A stretch of 20,000 nt of DNA from an uncultured virus (IMG/VR IMGVR_UViG_3300021387_000812) (taxonomy: Duplodnaviria; Heunggongvirae; Uroviricota; Caudoviricetes): IMG/VR virus record IMGVR_UViG_3300021387_000812; one strand, 5' to 3'. Under the pieces are notes generated by a model. It saw only the letters and a list, made by a program, of their open reading frames with translations. It was not told where the DNA came from and made no database searches. Shown here one piece after another: positions 1 to 7,846 of this stretch; positions within the stretch are counted from its first letter, which is position 1; every line of letters begins with the position of its first letter. A program made the translations under genes and the position numbers.

Positions 1-117
1 CTGGGCGGTTATCCAACGAGAGTTACATCTTTTATGCTTTGTGGCGAATGCAATCAGCCGATAGCTAGAAGCGACGCGTTCTGTCGTGCTTGCGGCCGGC
101 CGATAGATTGGAGTTGA
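1..117 (+). CDS. Partial (3' end) zinc-ribbon protein
   Basis: Frame 1 reads LGGYPTRVTSFMLCGECNQPIARSDAFCRACGRPIDWS*: two CxxC pairs and a CG-x-x-I-D-W tail like other small genes in the window. Confidence 0.7.
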   Translation: MGGYPTRVTSFMLCGECNQPIARSDAFCRACGRPIDWS

Positions 118-121
118 TCGC

Positions 122-874
122 ATGGAGATTGACCATACATATTTAATCGATGGAGAACCTTATAGACTCGCGCAGATCTCGACATCTCTTGGCAGCCCGC
201 CTGAGTATACGTTTGTGCCTGCTGCAAACATAGAGCTCAGAACAAACACTCGTGCTGATGTCATAGACGCAACAGCATCTGTTCCGGCACAGTATCCTAT
301 AACGGCAGACGGACTGACTTTTAATGCAGATGAACTGACAGTAGGTTCGACGGTAGTAAACTTAGGTACGCCGTATACAGTAGATTCGGCGGCAGTAAGT
401 GCTCCGCCGACTGACGTAGACGGGGACGATGCGACTTTCGTTTGGGACCCGCCGCGTATAAACGAAATACTAGACGCACGGCATCCGGATGCTATGGATG
501 GTCCGATTGTTGGAAGACGTTCACAAATCATGATGGCCGATGATCCACCGGAATTAAACCTTGAAACCGTATCTGTCAGCAGACCGGATGATGGCAACGT
601 TGTGCTTGAAGGATTCAGGCCCTTGCATCCCCAAATCCCAACCGGCGACACGTATCGTATTGTGCAGCCGAACATAAACATTGCGTCACTAGCAACAACA
701 AATATTTTCAGCGACAACATAGCTGCTGATACGGCGGGCGGTCTGTGGATAGACGACCAGATGGCAAAGCAAATCGAAGAAGCGAAAGAATTGTTAAAAA
801 ATATTTTAAACAAACCAGCCACCGAACCCATTGATAACGATGCCTGGGATGAACTGTTCACGCCGGCTACATAA
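122..874 (+). CDS. Hypothetical acidic, Pro/Thr-rich protein (250 aa)
   Basis: Long + strand ORF, GGAG upstream, abuts neighbouring genes; no recognisable motif. Confidence 0.65.
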   Translation: MEIDHTYLIDGEPYRLAQISTSLGSPPEYTFVPAANIELRTNTRADVIDATASVPAQYPITADGLTFNADELTVGSTVVNLGTPYTVDSAAVSAPPTDVDGDDATFVWDPPRINEILDARHPDAMDGPIVGRRSQIMMADDPPELNLETVSVSRPDDGNVVLEGFRPLHPQIPTGDTYRIVQPNINIASLATTNIFSDNIAADTAGGLWIDDQMAKQIEEAKELLKNILNKPATEPIDNDAWDELFTPAT

Positions 875-885
875 GAGAATAAAAC

Positions 886-1116
886 ATGGCTACGATCAAT
901 ATGACGCATTCAAATCTAACGCGTATTCTCAGTAACATGAACAATGATTGGACAACTTCAACTAACATATGGGAAGCCTACTTGGCAAAATATATAAATG
1001 GATCATGGAACCCTGACGACGAAGTAGATACAACAAAATGGAGAACAAAGCAGAGCTCTGACGACAAAGTAGATATAGCGGAGTGGGATAAGCTGACCCA
1101 ACCGATAAAGGAGTGA
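886..1116 (+). CDS. Hypothetical protein (76 aa)
   Basis: ORF fills the gap between neighbours; C-terminal D-x-x-x-W-D-x-L motif shared with the upstream gene. Confidence 0.6.
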   Translation: MATINMTHSNLTRILSNMNNDWTTSTNIWEAYLAKYINGSWNPDDEVDTTKWRTKQSSDDKVDIAEWDKLTQPIKE

Positions 1117-1120
1117 GACC

Positions 1121-1312
1121 GTGTTTATTCTTGATCTTCCGGTTCCGGAAAACTGCTTTGATTGTTATCTGCTTAACGATGAAATGGGATGGTGTCTGCT
1201 TTTCGATGGCGTACCAGCACACGCACATGCGGATAAAGAGAAGCGTCCGGACTGGTGTCCGATCATACTTATGGAGATGCAGAATGGAGATAAACAAAGA
1301 GCTGAACGATAA
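1121..1312 (+). CDS. Small Cys-rich phage protein (PENCxxC...RPDWCP type)
   Basis: AAGGAG at about 1108, GTG start; PENCFDC and KRPDWCP motifs typical of small Firmicutes phage proteins. Confidence 0.7.
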   Translation: MFILDLPVPENCFDCYLLNDEMGWCLLFDGVPAHAHADKEKRPDWCPIILMEMQNGDKQRAER

Positions 1313-1559
1313 GTACCGCCGCAAATATATAAGAGTATCTCGTAAGTGGCAGCGGCTCAAGTTCCACGTTAAGTATTGCCCGAACTGCTACAGCCCGAAC
1401 ATTGGTTTGAACGAGAGCCACACATCCTGGCTGAAAAGGTTTTGGTTGGAGTGCGACGATTGCTACACCGCCAGTAAAAGCAAACCGACAATCAGGATGG
1501 CAATCCGCAGCTGGAACAGAATGAAACCAGACAAGAAGGTAAACGATGAACAAGATTGA
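1284..1559 (+). CDS. Lar-like (restriction alleviation family) zinc-finger protein
   Basis: GGAG before ATG 1284; CPNC...LECDDC...AIRSWN pattern matches the Lar-like CPxC/CxxC/AIxxWN layout. Confidence 0.65.
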   Translation: MEINKELNDKYRRKYIRVSRKWQRLKFHVKYCPNCYSPNIGLNESHTSWLKRFWLECDDCYTASKSKPTIRMAIRSWNRMKPDKKVNDEQD

Positions 1560-1977
1560 ACAACTGATGAAGCGAAGGCAGTGCCTTTGGAGTGACGCTA
1601 AGAAGTACCTGGCTGAACACCGGCACAGCGATGGCCTTGTCGACCCGGAAGATCTCGAAATCTACGACAAGATGACGGACAATGTGATTAAACTCGGAGA
1701 AGAGATTGACCGGCTGGTCAGACAATTGGAGATCGACAGGCTGATTGATGCTCCGGTTGAAAAAAGAATAGCAATCGAACGGTGTCCATGGTGCGGCAGT
1801 GCAGGTATACTCACACAAACGTTAATCGAAGGTTATACGAATAGTCACTTCTATTACGTAGCGTGTTCTAACCCGAACTGTAAGGCAGAAGCGCCGGCAG
1901 GCAGATACAGCGACATTGATAGACATGAGCAGATAGCAAAACAAATGGCAATCGAAGTCTGGAATAGAAGAGCGTAA
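1546..1977 (+). CDS. Fusion: capsid delta-domain-like coiled coil plus Lar-like zinc finger
   Basis: C-half CPWCG...YVACSNPNC...AIEVWNRRA is Lar-like; N-terminal ~70 aa recall the N-terminus of Clostridial HK97-type major capsid proteins. Confidence 0.7.
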   Translation: MNKIEQLMKRRQCLWSDAKKYLAEHRHSDGLVDPEDLEIYDKMTDNVIKLGEEIDRLVRQLEIDRLIDAPVEKRIAIERCPWCGSAGILTQTLIEGYTNSHFYYVACSNPNCKAEAPAGRYSDIDRHEQIAKQMAIEVWNRRA

Positions 1978-1980
1978 GCA

Positions 1981-2018
1981 GTTCGGCCCCTGCCGAAAGG
2001 GGCCGAACACTATTTTTT
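1981..2018 (+). terminator. Intrinsic terminator-like hairpin before xis
   Basis: Perfect 11-bp stem GTTCGGCCCCT (1981-1991) / AGGGGCCGAAC (1998-2008), then ACTATTTTTT. Confidence 0.75.
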
Positions 2019-2029
2019 AGGAGATTGAA

Positions 2030-2230
2030 ATGAAACAGACAGTTGCAATCTCAGAGAAGTTCTTGCTCAGCACAGAAGAAGCGAGCGACTACTTCAACAT
2101 CGGCATCAACAAACTGCGCCGGCTGATACAGAACAACACGAACGCCGGTTGGATTCTATGGAACGGCAACCGCGCATATATAAAAAGGAAAGAGTTCGAA
2201 AAATATCTAACTGGAATCTCCAATATTTAA
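2030..2230 (+). CDS. xis: Excisionase, Tn916-Xis-like winged HTH
   Basis: EKFLLSTEEASDYFNIGINKLRRLI...WILWNGNRAYIKRKEFEKYL resembles Tn916 Xis; AGGAG RBS; directly upstream of the integrase. Confidence 0.88.
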   Translation: MKQTVAISEKFLLSTEEASDYFNIGINKLRRLIQNNTNAGWILWNGNRAYIKRKEFEKYLTGISNI

Positions 2231-2231
2231 C

Positions 2232-2261
2232 TTGTAATCTACCCCGACCGCAGAATATAAT
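2232..2261 (+). promoter_or_regulatory. Putative sigma-A promoter for the integrase
   Basis: TTGTAA (2232-2237), 18-nt spacer, TATAAT (2256-2261), followed by the AAAAGGAG RBS of int. Confidence 0.5.
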
Positions 2262-2288
2262 AAGACGTCTGACGTAAAAGGAGTCCAG

Positions 2289-3542
2289 ATGAAAAGGAAG
2301 GATAGTAAAGGCAGAGTCCTACGACCTGGAGAATATGAAAGGAGAGATAAGAGATACGCGTTTAGGTATAAGAATGAAAAAGGGAAGGCCGCATACATAT
2401 ACTCCTGGCGGCTGATCGAGTCTGATCCGCACCCCAAAGATAAGCCGCGCTGCGAATGTCTCAGAGAACTTGAGAAGTCTATTCTGAAAGATCTTGGAGA
2501 CGGCATCCAGACCAACTCAAAAATCACGCTCAACCAAAGATGGGATGAGTACATCGCAAACAAGCCGAAACTGAAGCAGTCCACCGCTACAAACTATAAG
2601 TACATGTACAACAAGTACATCCGGGATGACATCGGCGGCATGCCGATTAAGGCAATCTCGTACTCGATGTGTAACAAGTTCTTCAACCATCTGATCAATG
2701 AAATAGGATTCAAGATTAACAGCGTCGAGATTGTCAACACGATTCTATCCCCAGTGTTTAAGATTGCGGTGCGAGACGGACTCATCAGATTAAATCCGAT
2801 GGAAGGAGTTATGACGGAGTTGAAAAAGAATAACAGCGAAGTTGAAACGCGGCATGCTTTATCGATGGATCATCAGCTTGCGCTGATGGATTTTGTGCGG
2901 ACTCACCCGACTTACGGGCACTGGTATCCATTGCTGGTCTGCCTGCTCGGTACGGGCTGCCGCATCGGTGAAATGCTCGGTCTTCGGTGGCAGGATATTT
3001 ACTGGAAACAGAACATCATCTCCATAAATCACAGCCTGATCTACCGGTTACAAGATGACGGCTCTGTAAAGTTCAGGATCACCACTACAAAAACAAAGAA
3101 CAGCAACCGGGAGATCCCAATGTTCAAGTCTGTGAAGGAAGTTTTAAGAGCAGAGTACGAGCGGCAAGCCAAGTCAGGCTTCTGTAGGGCTGAAATCGAA
3201 GGGTACTCTGGTTTTATCTGGCAAAACAAGGATGGTTACGTGCTCTCACCACACGCGGTGAACAGAGCGCTGGAAAGAATCATCTCTGCGTACAACGATT
3301 TCGAAACTGGAAGAGCCGCAGAAGAGAAGAGACGACCAGATCTGCTCCCACACTTCTCAGCCCACCATCTCAGGCACACTTTTTGCACCAGGCTGTGCGA
3401 AGTGGAGACAGATATCAAGGTTATCCAGGAGATCATGGGCCACGCGAACATCACAACCACGATGGACATCTATAATGAGTCCAACCTGGACCGCAAAAAG
3501 AAGAAGTTTGAAGAACTGGAAAAGATTTCAAACGCCTTCTGA
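2289..3542 (+). CDS. int: Tyrosine recombinase/integrase, Tn916-Int-like
   Basis: N-terminal arm-binding domain (KRKDSKGRVLRPGEYERRDKRYAFRY); catalytic R (GCRIGE), K (TKT), HxxR (HHLRHT), H (MGHANI), Y (MDIY). Confidence 0.95.
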   Translation: MKRKDSKGRVLRPGEYERRDKRYAFRYKNEKGKAAYIYSWRLIESDPHPKDKPRCECLRELEKSILKDLGDGIQTNSKITLNQRWDEYIANKPKLKQSTATNYKYMYNKYIRDDIGGMPIKAISYSMCNKFFNHLINEIGFKINSVEIVNTILSPVFKIAVRDGLIRLNPMEGVMTELKKNNSEVETRHALSMDHQLALMDFVRTHPTYGHWYPLLVCLLGTGCRIGEMLGLRWQDIYWKQNIISINHSLIYRLQDDGSVKFRITTTKTKNSNREIPMFKSVKEVLRAEYERQAKSGFCRAEIEGYSGFIWQNKDGYVLSPHAVNRALERIISAYNDFETGRAAEEKRRPDLLPHFSAHHLRHTFCTRLCEVETDIKVIQEIMGHANITTTMDIYNESNLDRKKKKFEELEKISNAF

Positions 3543-3547
3543 TGCTG

Positions 3548-3774
3548 TACTAAAAATTTACCAAAATTTTCCGTGAGAATACGTAGCGAAAAGTAGTAAA
3601 ACGTAGGTAAGATTTTAGTACGACAAAAATAGAGTCAACAAAATCAACGGCTCCAAGGCGCAAGGCTACTTTTCCCGACGATGAAGCCTGTCGAAACCTG
3701 AAATCCCAGTAAAATCAACAGGTTCAGCACTATAAACACCCTACAAAAACAGCGGTTTACCAAAAATTTACCAA
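3548..3774 (+). other. attP-like attachment region with lysS 3'-end core
   Basis: Direct repeats TACTAAAAATTTACCAA (3548) and TACCAAAAATTTACCAA (3758) bracket a core at 3666-3701 encoding LLFPTMKPVET*. AAAATCAAC occurs on both sides of the core. Phased A(C/A)GTAG repeats at 3581, 3591 and 3601. Confidence 0.75.
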
Positions 3775-3814
3775 TGATCTATCAAAAAACGTCAGACAAT
3801 AAGGTTTTCGTAAT

Positions 3815-3846
3815 TTAGAACACGACTCGAAAGAGCCGTGTTTTAA
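3815..3846 (+). terminator. Hairpin/terminator downstream of the att region
   Basis: TTAGAACACGACTC-GAAA-GAGCCGTGTTTTAA, GAAA tetraloop, one mismatch, T-rich 3' side. Confidence 0.55.
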
Positions 3847-3880
3847 GTTTGGAAAATTTTATACGAAGGTAGGACGAAGG

Positions 3881-4216
3881 ATGGATAAATTAGAGACATG
3901 TATTAAATCGTTGGAGTCAAACTTGAGTAAACAGTCAGGCAAAAATACGATCACTCTACCTGTAAACACAGTTGCAAACGCACTTGATCTTCTTAAAGAG
4001 ATAGCAGAGCCGAAAAAACTAACAAATAAAGAATGGCTCGCAACTTTAACTCCGGATCAGTGGTGGTTGGCGATGGATTGGCTGTTTCATCAGTACGGTA
4101 AAAGGTATGATAACTCTTATATTGCTATTGTAGAGTGGTTGAGTATGTCCAGAGACACATGGGTAGAGCAAGCAATTAAAGGAGAAGGAGTATGGGACAA
4201 ACCATTTTGGCAATAA
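3881..4216 (+). CDS. Hypothetical protein (111 aa)
   Basis: AGGA RBS; TNKEWLATL motif resembles small phage proteins. Confidence 0.7.
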   Translation: MDKLETCIKSLESNLSKQSGKNTITLPVNTVANALDLLKEIAEPKKLTNKEWLATLTPDQWWLAMDWLFHQYGKRYDNSYIAIVEWLSMSRDTWVEQAIKGEGVWDKPFWQ

Positions 4217-4440
4217 TTAGTGCGGCGGTTGCAGTAGTTGGAGCGATAACAATCTTTCGATTAGTGTATGTTGTGTTTAGCAAGTTGATCGATGGCGACA
4301 CTCATGAAGAATCAGTTGAATTTGGAGACAAGGCGATCGAAACCCTTTTTGGAGCTATTGTCCTAGCTCTCATCGCGATAGCGTTAAGAATTTTGTATTT
4401 CATTGGAACATATCTTATTCTACCGATCTTTGGATTATAA
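4192..4440 (+). CDS. Small membrane protein (2 TM)
   Basis: GGAGAAGGAG RBS; two hydrophobic stretches separated by an acidic loop. Confidence 0.7.
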   Translation: MGQTILAIISAAVAVVGAITIFRLVYVVFSKLIDGDTHEESVEFGDKAIETLFGAIVLALIAIALRILYFIGTYLILPIFGL

Positions 4441-4456
4441 AAAAGGAGTGCGAACA

Positions 4457-4651
4457 ATGGTTTGTGTTAAAGAGATTACTGCCATGTTCAAAGGTAAGGA
4501 TGGGTCAATGGGATTCCGCACCGGACAAGAATATAAGCTGTGGTACTTCGAGAAGAACGGCAGGTTCTACATCAGCCGCCCATTCGAAGACGCAACAGCG
4601 ATATCCTACGACACAATAGCCGCGATTAAAAAGAATTGGGAGATAAAGTGA
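4457..4651 (+). CDS. Hypothetical protein (64 aa)
   Basis: AAAGGAG RBS before ATG 4457; MVCVKEITAMFKGKDGSMGFRTGQEY... Confidence 0.7.
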   Translation: MVCVKEITAMFKGKDGSMGFRTGQEYKLWYFEKNGRFYISRPFEDATAISYDTIAAIKKNWEIK

Positions 4652-4908
4652 TGACAGTAGAAGAACTGTATAACATGGTTTCATTCTGCGTAGAACGTGG
4701 AGACGATGGACTCTCTGTGTCTACAGCCGAAGATGCGAAGACGCTATGTGAAGCTCTTAGTTTATTAAAAAAGCAGAAGCCAATGAAGCCGTCATGGAAT
4801 TGCGGCAGTGCGTACTGTGGAAACTGCGGGCAGAAGCTGCCGCGTAAACATCATGAATACGAACGAAACTATTGCTCGAACTGTGGCCAGGCGGTGATTT
4901 GGGAATGA
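4651..4908 (+). CDS. Modular array gene with C-terminal zinc ribbon
   Basis: LLKKQKP hinge, then CGNCG...CSNCGQAVIWE*; stop overlaps the next ATG. Confidence 0.75.
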   Translation: MTVEELYNMVSFCVERGDDGLSVSTAEDAKTLCEALSLLKKQKPMKPSWNCGSAYCGNCGQKLPRKHHEYERNYCSNCGQAVIWE

Positions 4909-5168
4909 TAGATGAACGAAAAAAGGTCGAGTTTATAGAATCCTACATCAAAGTCGGAAACGACTACCAATGGAATGACAACCACGGACTATTGGTCAGG
5001 TGCAAGGATTGCAAACATCGTCCAACAGATCCGAAAAACAAAGGGGTTGGACAGTCTTTGGTATTTCCTGATGAAATTTGTCCATGCCAAGTTGGAGACA
5101 ATTGGTATTCGTGGATGCCGAAAGATGACTGGTTCTGCGCTGGCGGTGAATGTAAAGAAGGACAGTGA
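4905..5168 (+). CDS. Modular array gene with VRCKDC...WFCAxG zinc module
   Basis: ATGA overlap; LVRCKDCKH...CPC...DWFCAGGECKEGQ*. Confidence 0.75.
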   Translation: MIDERKKVEFIESYIKVGNDYQWNDNHGLLVRCKDCKHRPTDPKNKGVGQSLVFPDEICPCQVGDNWYSWMPKDDWFCAGGECKEGQ

Positions 5169-5175
5169 AGTGGGA

Positions 5176-5355
5176 ATGATTGCAGTTGTTATTTTGATTG
5201 TTTTGGTTACAGTTTTATCTGTCTATTCTGCGTTTGGAACATATCAGAATCAACAGGATATAAAAGCGTTGGCAGATGTGACAAAAGGGATAGGCATTAA
5301 TTCAAAACACATTTGCCAAATCCTTGAGATGCTAAAACAGCAGGAAGGTCAGTGA
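5176..5355 (+). CDS. Small membrane-anchored array protein
   Basis: ATG inside the junction repeat; hydrophobic N-terminus MIAVVILIVLVTVLSVYS; ends MLKQQEGQ*. Confidence 0.65.
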   Translation: MIAVVILIVLVTVLSVYSAFGTYQNQQDIKALADVTKGIGINSKHICQILEMLKQQEGQ

Positions 5356-5360
5356 AGCGA

Positions 5361-5705
5361 ATGGACAGGGAGAAGGTTGTAAAAGAGTTTGAACATTTAT
5401 TAAATGCAGCAAATGGAAACTATCAGGATTTTGTTGACTTAACCGTTGACGGAGCCGAAGAGATTCTTGCCTTGCTGAAAGAGCAGGAAGCAAAAGAGCA
5501 GTGTTTAAAAACCAAATGCATTTTATGCCCACATTGTGATAATTGCGACGTTGATGAAAACGGATTACTGAAAGAGCAGGAAGCAATAAAACCCGTAAAA
5601 CAAATAGAAGAACATGAATGGACAGTATGTGGTTATTGCCGCGAGCATCTTATCTCTAAATGGATGTTCTGTCCATATTGCGGAAGGCCGGTGAAATGGG
5701 AATGA
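5361..5705 (+). CDS. Modular array gene (DREKV N-module, two LKEQEA hinges, zinc ribbon)
   Basis: MDREKVV...LLKEQEA...CILCPHCDNC...LLKEQEA...CGYC...CPYCGRPVKWE*. Confidence 0.8.
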   Translation: MDREKVVKEFEHLLNAANGNYQDFVDLTVDGAEEILALLKEQEAKEQCLKTKCILCPHCDNCDVDENGLLKEQEAIKPVKQIEEHEWTVCGYCREHLISKWMFCPYCGRPVKWE

Positions 5706-5971
5706 CAAAGGAAGAAGCATATCGTTATATTGATAATCTTAAATGGTTAAAAGGGTACGACAATACAACAATCGGCGGGAAAACCGTTGGTGAGATATTG
5801 GACGAAATCGAAGCTATGCTAAAAGAGCAGGAAGCTGTAAAGATCGAAGTAAAAAAGATTAACGATAGTGGAAGATGTGGACGATGCCCAAACTGCTTTA
5901 TGGAATTAAACGAGACGGATTATCCGAAGTTTTGCGGATATTGCGGTCAGAAGGTGAAATGGAATGATTGA
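5702..5971 (+). CDS. Modular array gene with zinc ribbon
   Basis: ATGA overlap; MLKEQEAV...CPNC...CGYCGQKVKWND*. Confidence 0.78.
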   Translation: MTKEEAYRYIDNLKWLKGYDNTTIGGKTVGEILDEIEAMLKEQEAVKIEVKKINDSGRCGRCPNCFMELNETDYPKFCGYCGQKVKWND

Positions 5972-6290
5972 CAGGGAGAAGGTTATTAGAGCAGTTGATT
6001 CATGTTTTGAAGACTGGTTAGAGCGACATAGATATTTTTTACATCCGTCAGACTTGGAAAAGGTTCGGCAGACAAAAGCTGATGCCCTTGTCCTTCTAAA
6101 AGAGCAGGAGTCAAAACTAATTACAACAAAAGTTCGTAAAGTTCTTTGGGATGAAACTGATGATGGACCTGTTTACAATATGGATACCTTTTACTGTTGC
6201 CCAAAGTGTGGTTATGTTTTATCCAGAACTAACAAAAATAAAGATATTCACTTTTGTAGTAAATGTGGGCAGGCGGTGAAGTGGGAATGA
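5964..6290 (+). CDS. Modular array gene with zinc ribbon
   Basis: MIDREKVI...LLKEQES...CPKCG...CSKCGQAVKWE*. Confidence 0.8.
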   Translation: MIDREKVIRAVDSCFEDWLERHRYFLHPSDLEKVRQTKADALVLLKEQESKLITTKVRKVLWDETDDGPVYNMDTFYCCPKCGYVLSRTNKNKDIHFCSKCGQAVKWE

Positions 6291-6583
6291 ACTTCGAAGC
6301 CGTGAACGATCTCCGTAAAAGTACAGATTTCCTTCTCAATGTAAGGAAAGTAAACGGTTGTCAGTATTCGAAGAAGGAAATGGAAGTAATGCTTGAAGCA
6401 CTAAATGCCGTAAAACTGTTGGAACCTGCTGAACCGATCTATGTTACGAATCCTTATACAGATTTGCCCGTGAGCTATTGTCCCCGCTGCAGGGAATCTA
6501 TCAGGAAGTTTCAATATGGTGAAGCATACAAAGAATCGAAGTATTGTACTTTTTGCGGTCAGGCGGTGAAGTGGTGTGATTGA
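6287..6583 (+). CDS. Modular array gene with zinc ribbon
   Basis: ATGA overlap; CPRC...CTFCGQAVKWCD*. Confidence 0.78.
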   Translation: MNFEAVNDLRKSTDFLLNVRKVNGCQYSKKEMEVMLEALNAVKLLEPAEPIYVTNPYTDLPVSYCPRCRESIRKFQYGEAYKESKYCTFCGQAVKWCD

Positions 6584-6886
6584 CAGGGATTTGCTGTTAG
6601 AACGGCTTGAACGGCTTGCAGTTGTTCTTGACGAGCTGATGCCACAATGTGCTGAATTGGTGCGTGATTCCATTGTCCTACTGAAAGAACAGGAAACATA
6701 AAATATTTACAAATGCAAAAATTGTGGCACATGGGTTTCGGCTGAAAATGTTGTCCGTTGTAAGGATTGTAAGCACTACAAAGATGGATTTTGCTATAAT
6801 CCGAACACATATGACGATAAAAAACAAGGAGAAATACTGTGCCTGATTGGTTCTGTGCTAACGGGGAACGAAAGGAAGGTTGGTGA
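6576..6886 (+). pseudogene. Disrupted array gene (in-frame TAA and frameshift)
   Basis: GTG-IDRDLLLERLE...LLKEQET then TAA (6699-6701); the same frame continues YKCKNCG...VVRCKDCKHY; a shift at the A6 run (6819-6824) restores VPDWFCANGERKEGW*. Confidence 0.75.
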
Positions 6887-6893
6887 AGTAGAA

Positions 6894-7076
6894 ATGAAAA
6901 TCAGAATTGAAAAGACATCTGACCCTAATTTTACTATTTATGCTGAATATGCTAGCTTGGAACAATGTATTAATTTGTTAATAAATGAGGCTAAAGAAAA
7001 TCAGTATGTCGTTACAAAAAAATTTGACAGTCAATGTGACCGGACTGTGGAAATTTACGACTTTTATAGGGAGTAA
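6894..7076 (+). CDS. Hypothetical protein (60 aa)
   Basis: ATG within the junction repeat; MKIRIEKTSD...VEIYDFYRE*. Confidence 0.65.
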   Translation: MKIRIEKTSDPNFTIYAEYASLEQCINLLINEAKENQYVVTKKFDSQCDRTVEIYDFYRE

Positions 7077-7080
7077 TACC

Positions 7081-7521
7081 ATGCCAACAAGAAACAAAAA
7101 ATACAAGTACGTTGTAGAGAAGGAAATGGAATGGATTGATGAAGATGTGCGGATCATAAACGAAAAACTTAATAATGAAAATCCGGGAGACACAAGCCGT
7201 TCCACTATTGAATTACATCTTCGTAGAATTTGGGCTGAAAACGAAAGGGCCAGACTTTATATGTTTATGAGGGAATTTAAGCAAAAGTGTGAAAATCAGA
7301 AAGAGCCAAAAATAATTGAGAGGTGCGATCTTGGAAAAGGCAGAAAACGTATATGGGTTGAATTTAGATGTAACGGATTGATTTTCGAAAAAAATATGGA
7401 AGACATAGACTTTCTTCTGAATTTTAATGCTGAAAGTTGTGGCTACGGTGAACTGTGGCGTTGTTGGACGGAGAGACCAACAGATGAGCAGAGAGAGGCG
7501 GTGAAGTGGGATGACGATTAA
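7081..7521 (+). CDS. Modular array gene ending WRCWTxRPTxEQREAVKW
   Basis: GGGAG before ATG 7081; C-terminal module shared with the next gene. Confidence 0.72.
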   Translation: MPTRNKKYKYVVEKEMEWIDEDVRIINEKLNNENPGDTSRSTIELHLRRIWAENERARLYMFMREFKQKCENQKEPKIIERCDLGKGRKRIWVEFRCNGLIFEKNMEDIDFLLNFNAESCGYGELWRCWTERPTDEQREAVKWDDD

Positions 7522-7846
7522 AGAATGGGAAAAAGACTTCAAATCATATGTAACATGGTTAGATATGCCAAGAGATGATTATAAAGGCATCATGAAATAC
7601 ATTGACGATGCTATTAATCTACTGAAAAAGCAGGAAGCGCGAGAATTAACTATAGACGAATGGAGAGAATGGAAAGCAAATCCAAAGCGAAATCCAATAT
7701 GCGAATTATGGGAAAATGATACATCTCCGATGTGGGTTCTTACTCCGGACAAGGTTCATGAGCCAGCGTTACTTATGGGTAAACTGAAACTGTTTACAGG
7801 AAAACCGACTTTTGAACAGTGTAAGGCGGTAAAATGGAATGGATAA
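7511..7846 (+). CDS. Modular array gene
   Basis: LLKKQEAR hinge; ends KPTFEQCKAVKWNG*. Confidence 0.75.
   Translation: MTIKEWEKDFKSYVTWLDMPRDDYKGIMKYIDDAINLLKKQEARELTIDEWREWKANPKRNPICELWENDTSPMWVLTPDKVHEPALLMGKLKLFTGKPTFEQCKAVKWNG

Noticed and set aside
2030..3542. Tn916-like conjugative transposon
   Set aside because: Only xis and int are Tn916-like; no relaxase, conjugation or resistance genes, and both flanks are phage-type small genes.
2267..3797. 9-bp inverted repeat GTCTGACGT (2267-2275) / ACGTCAGAC (3789-3797) around int-att
   Set aside because: Too short to distinguish from chance; no target duplication or transposase.
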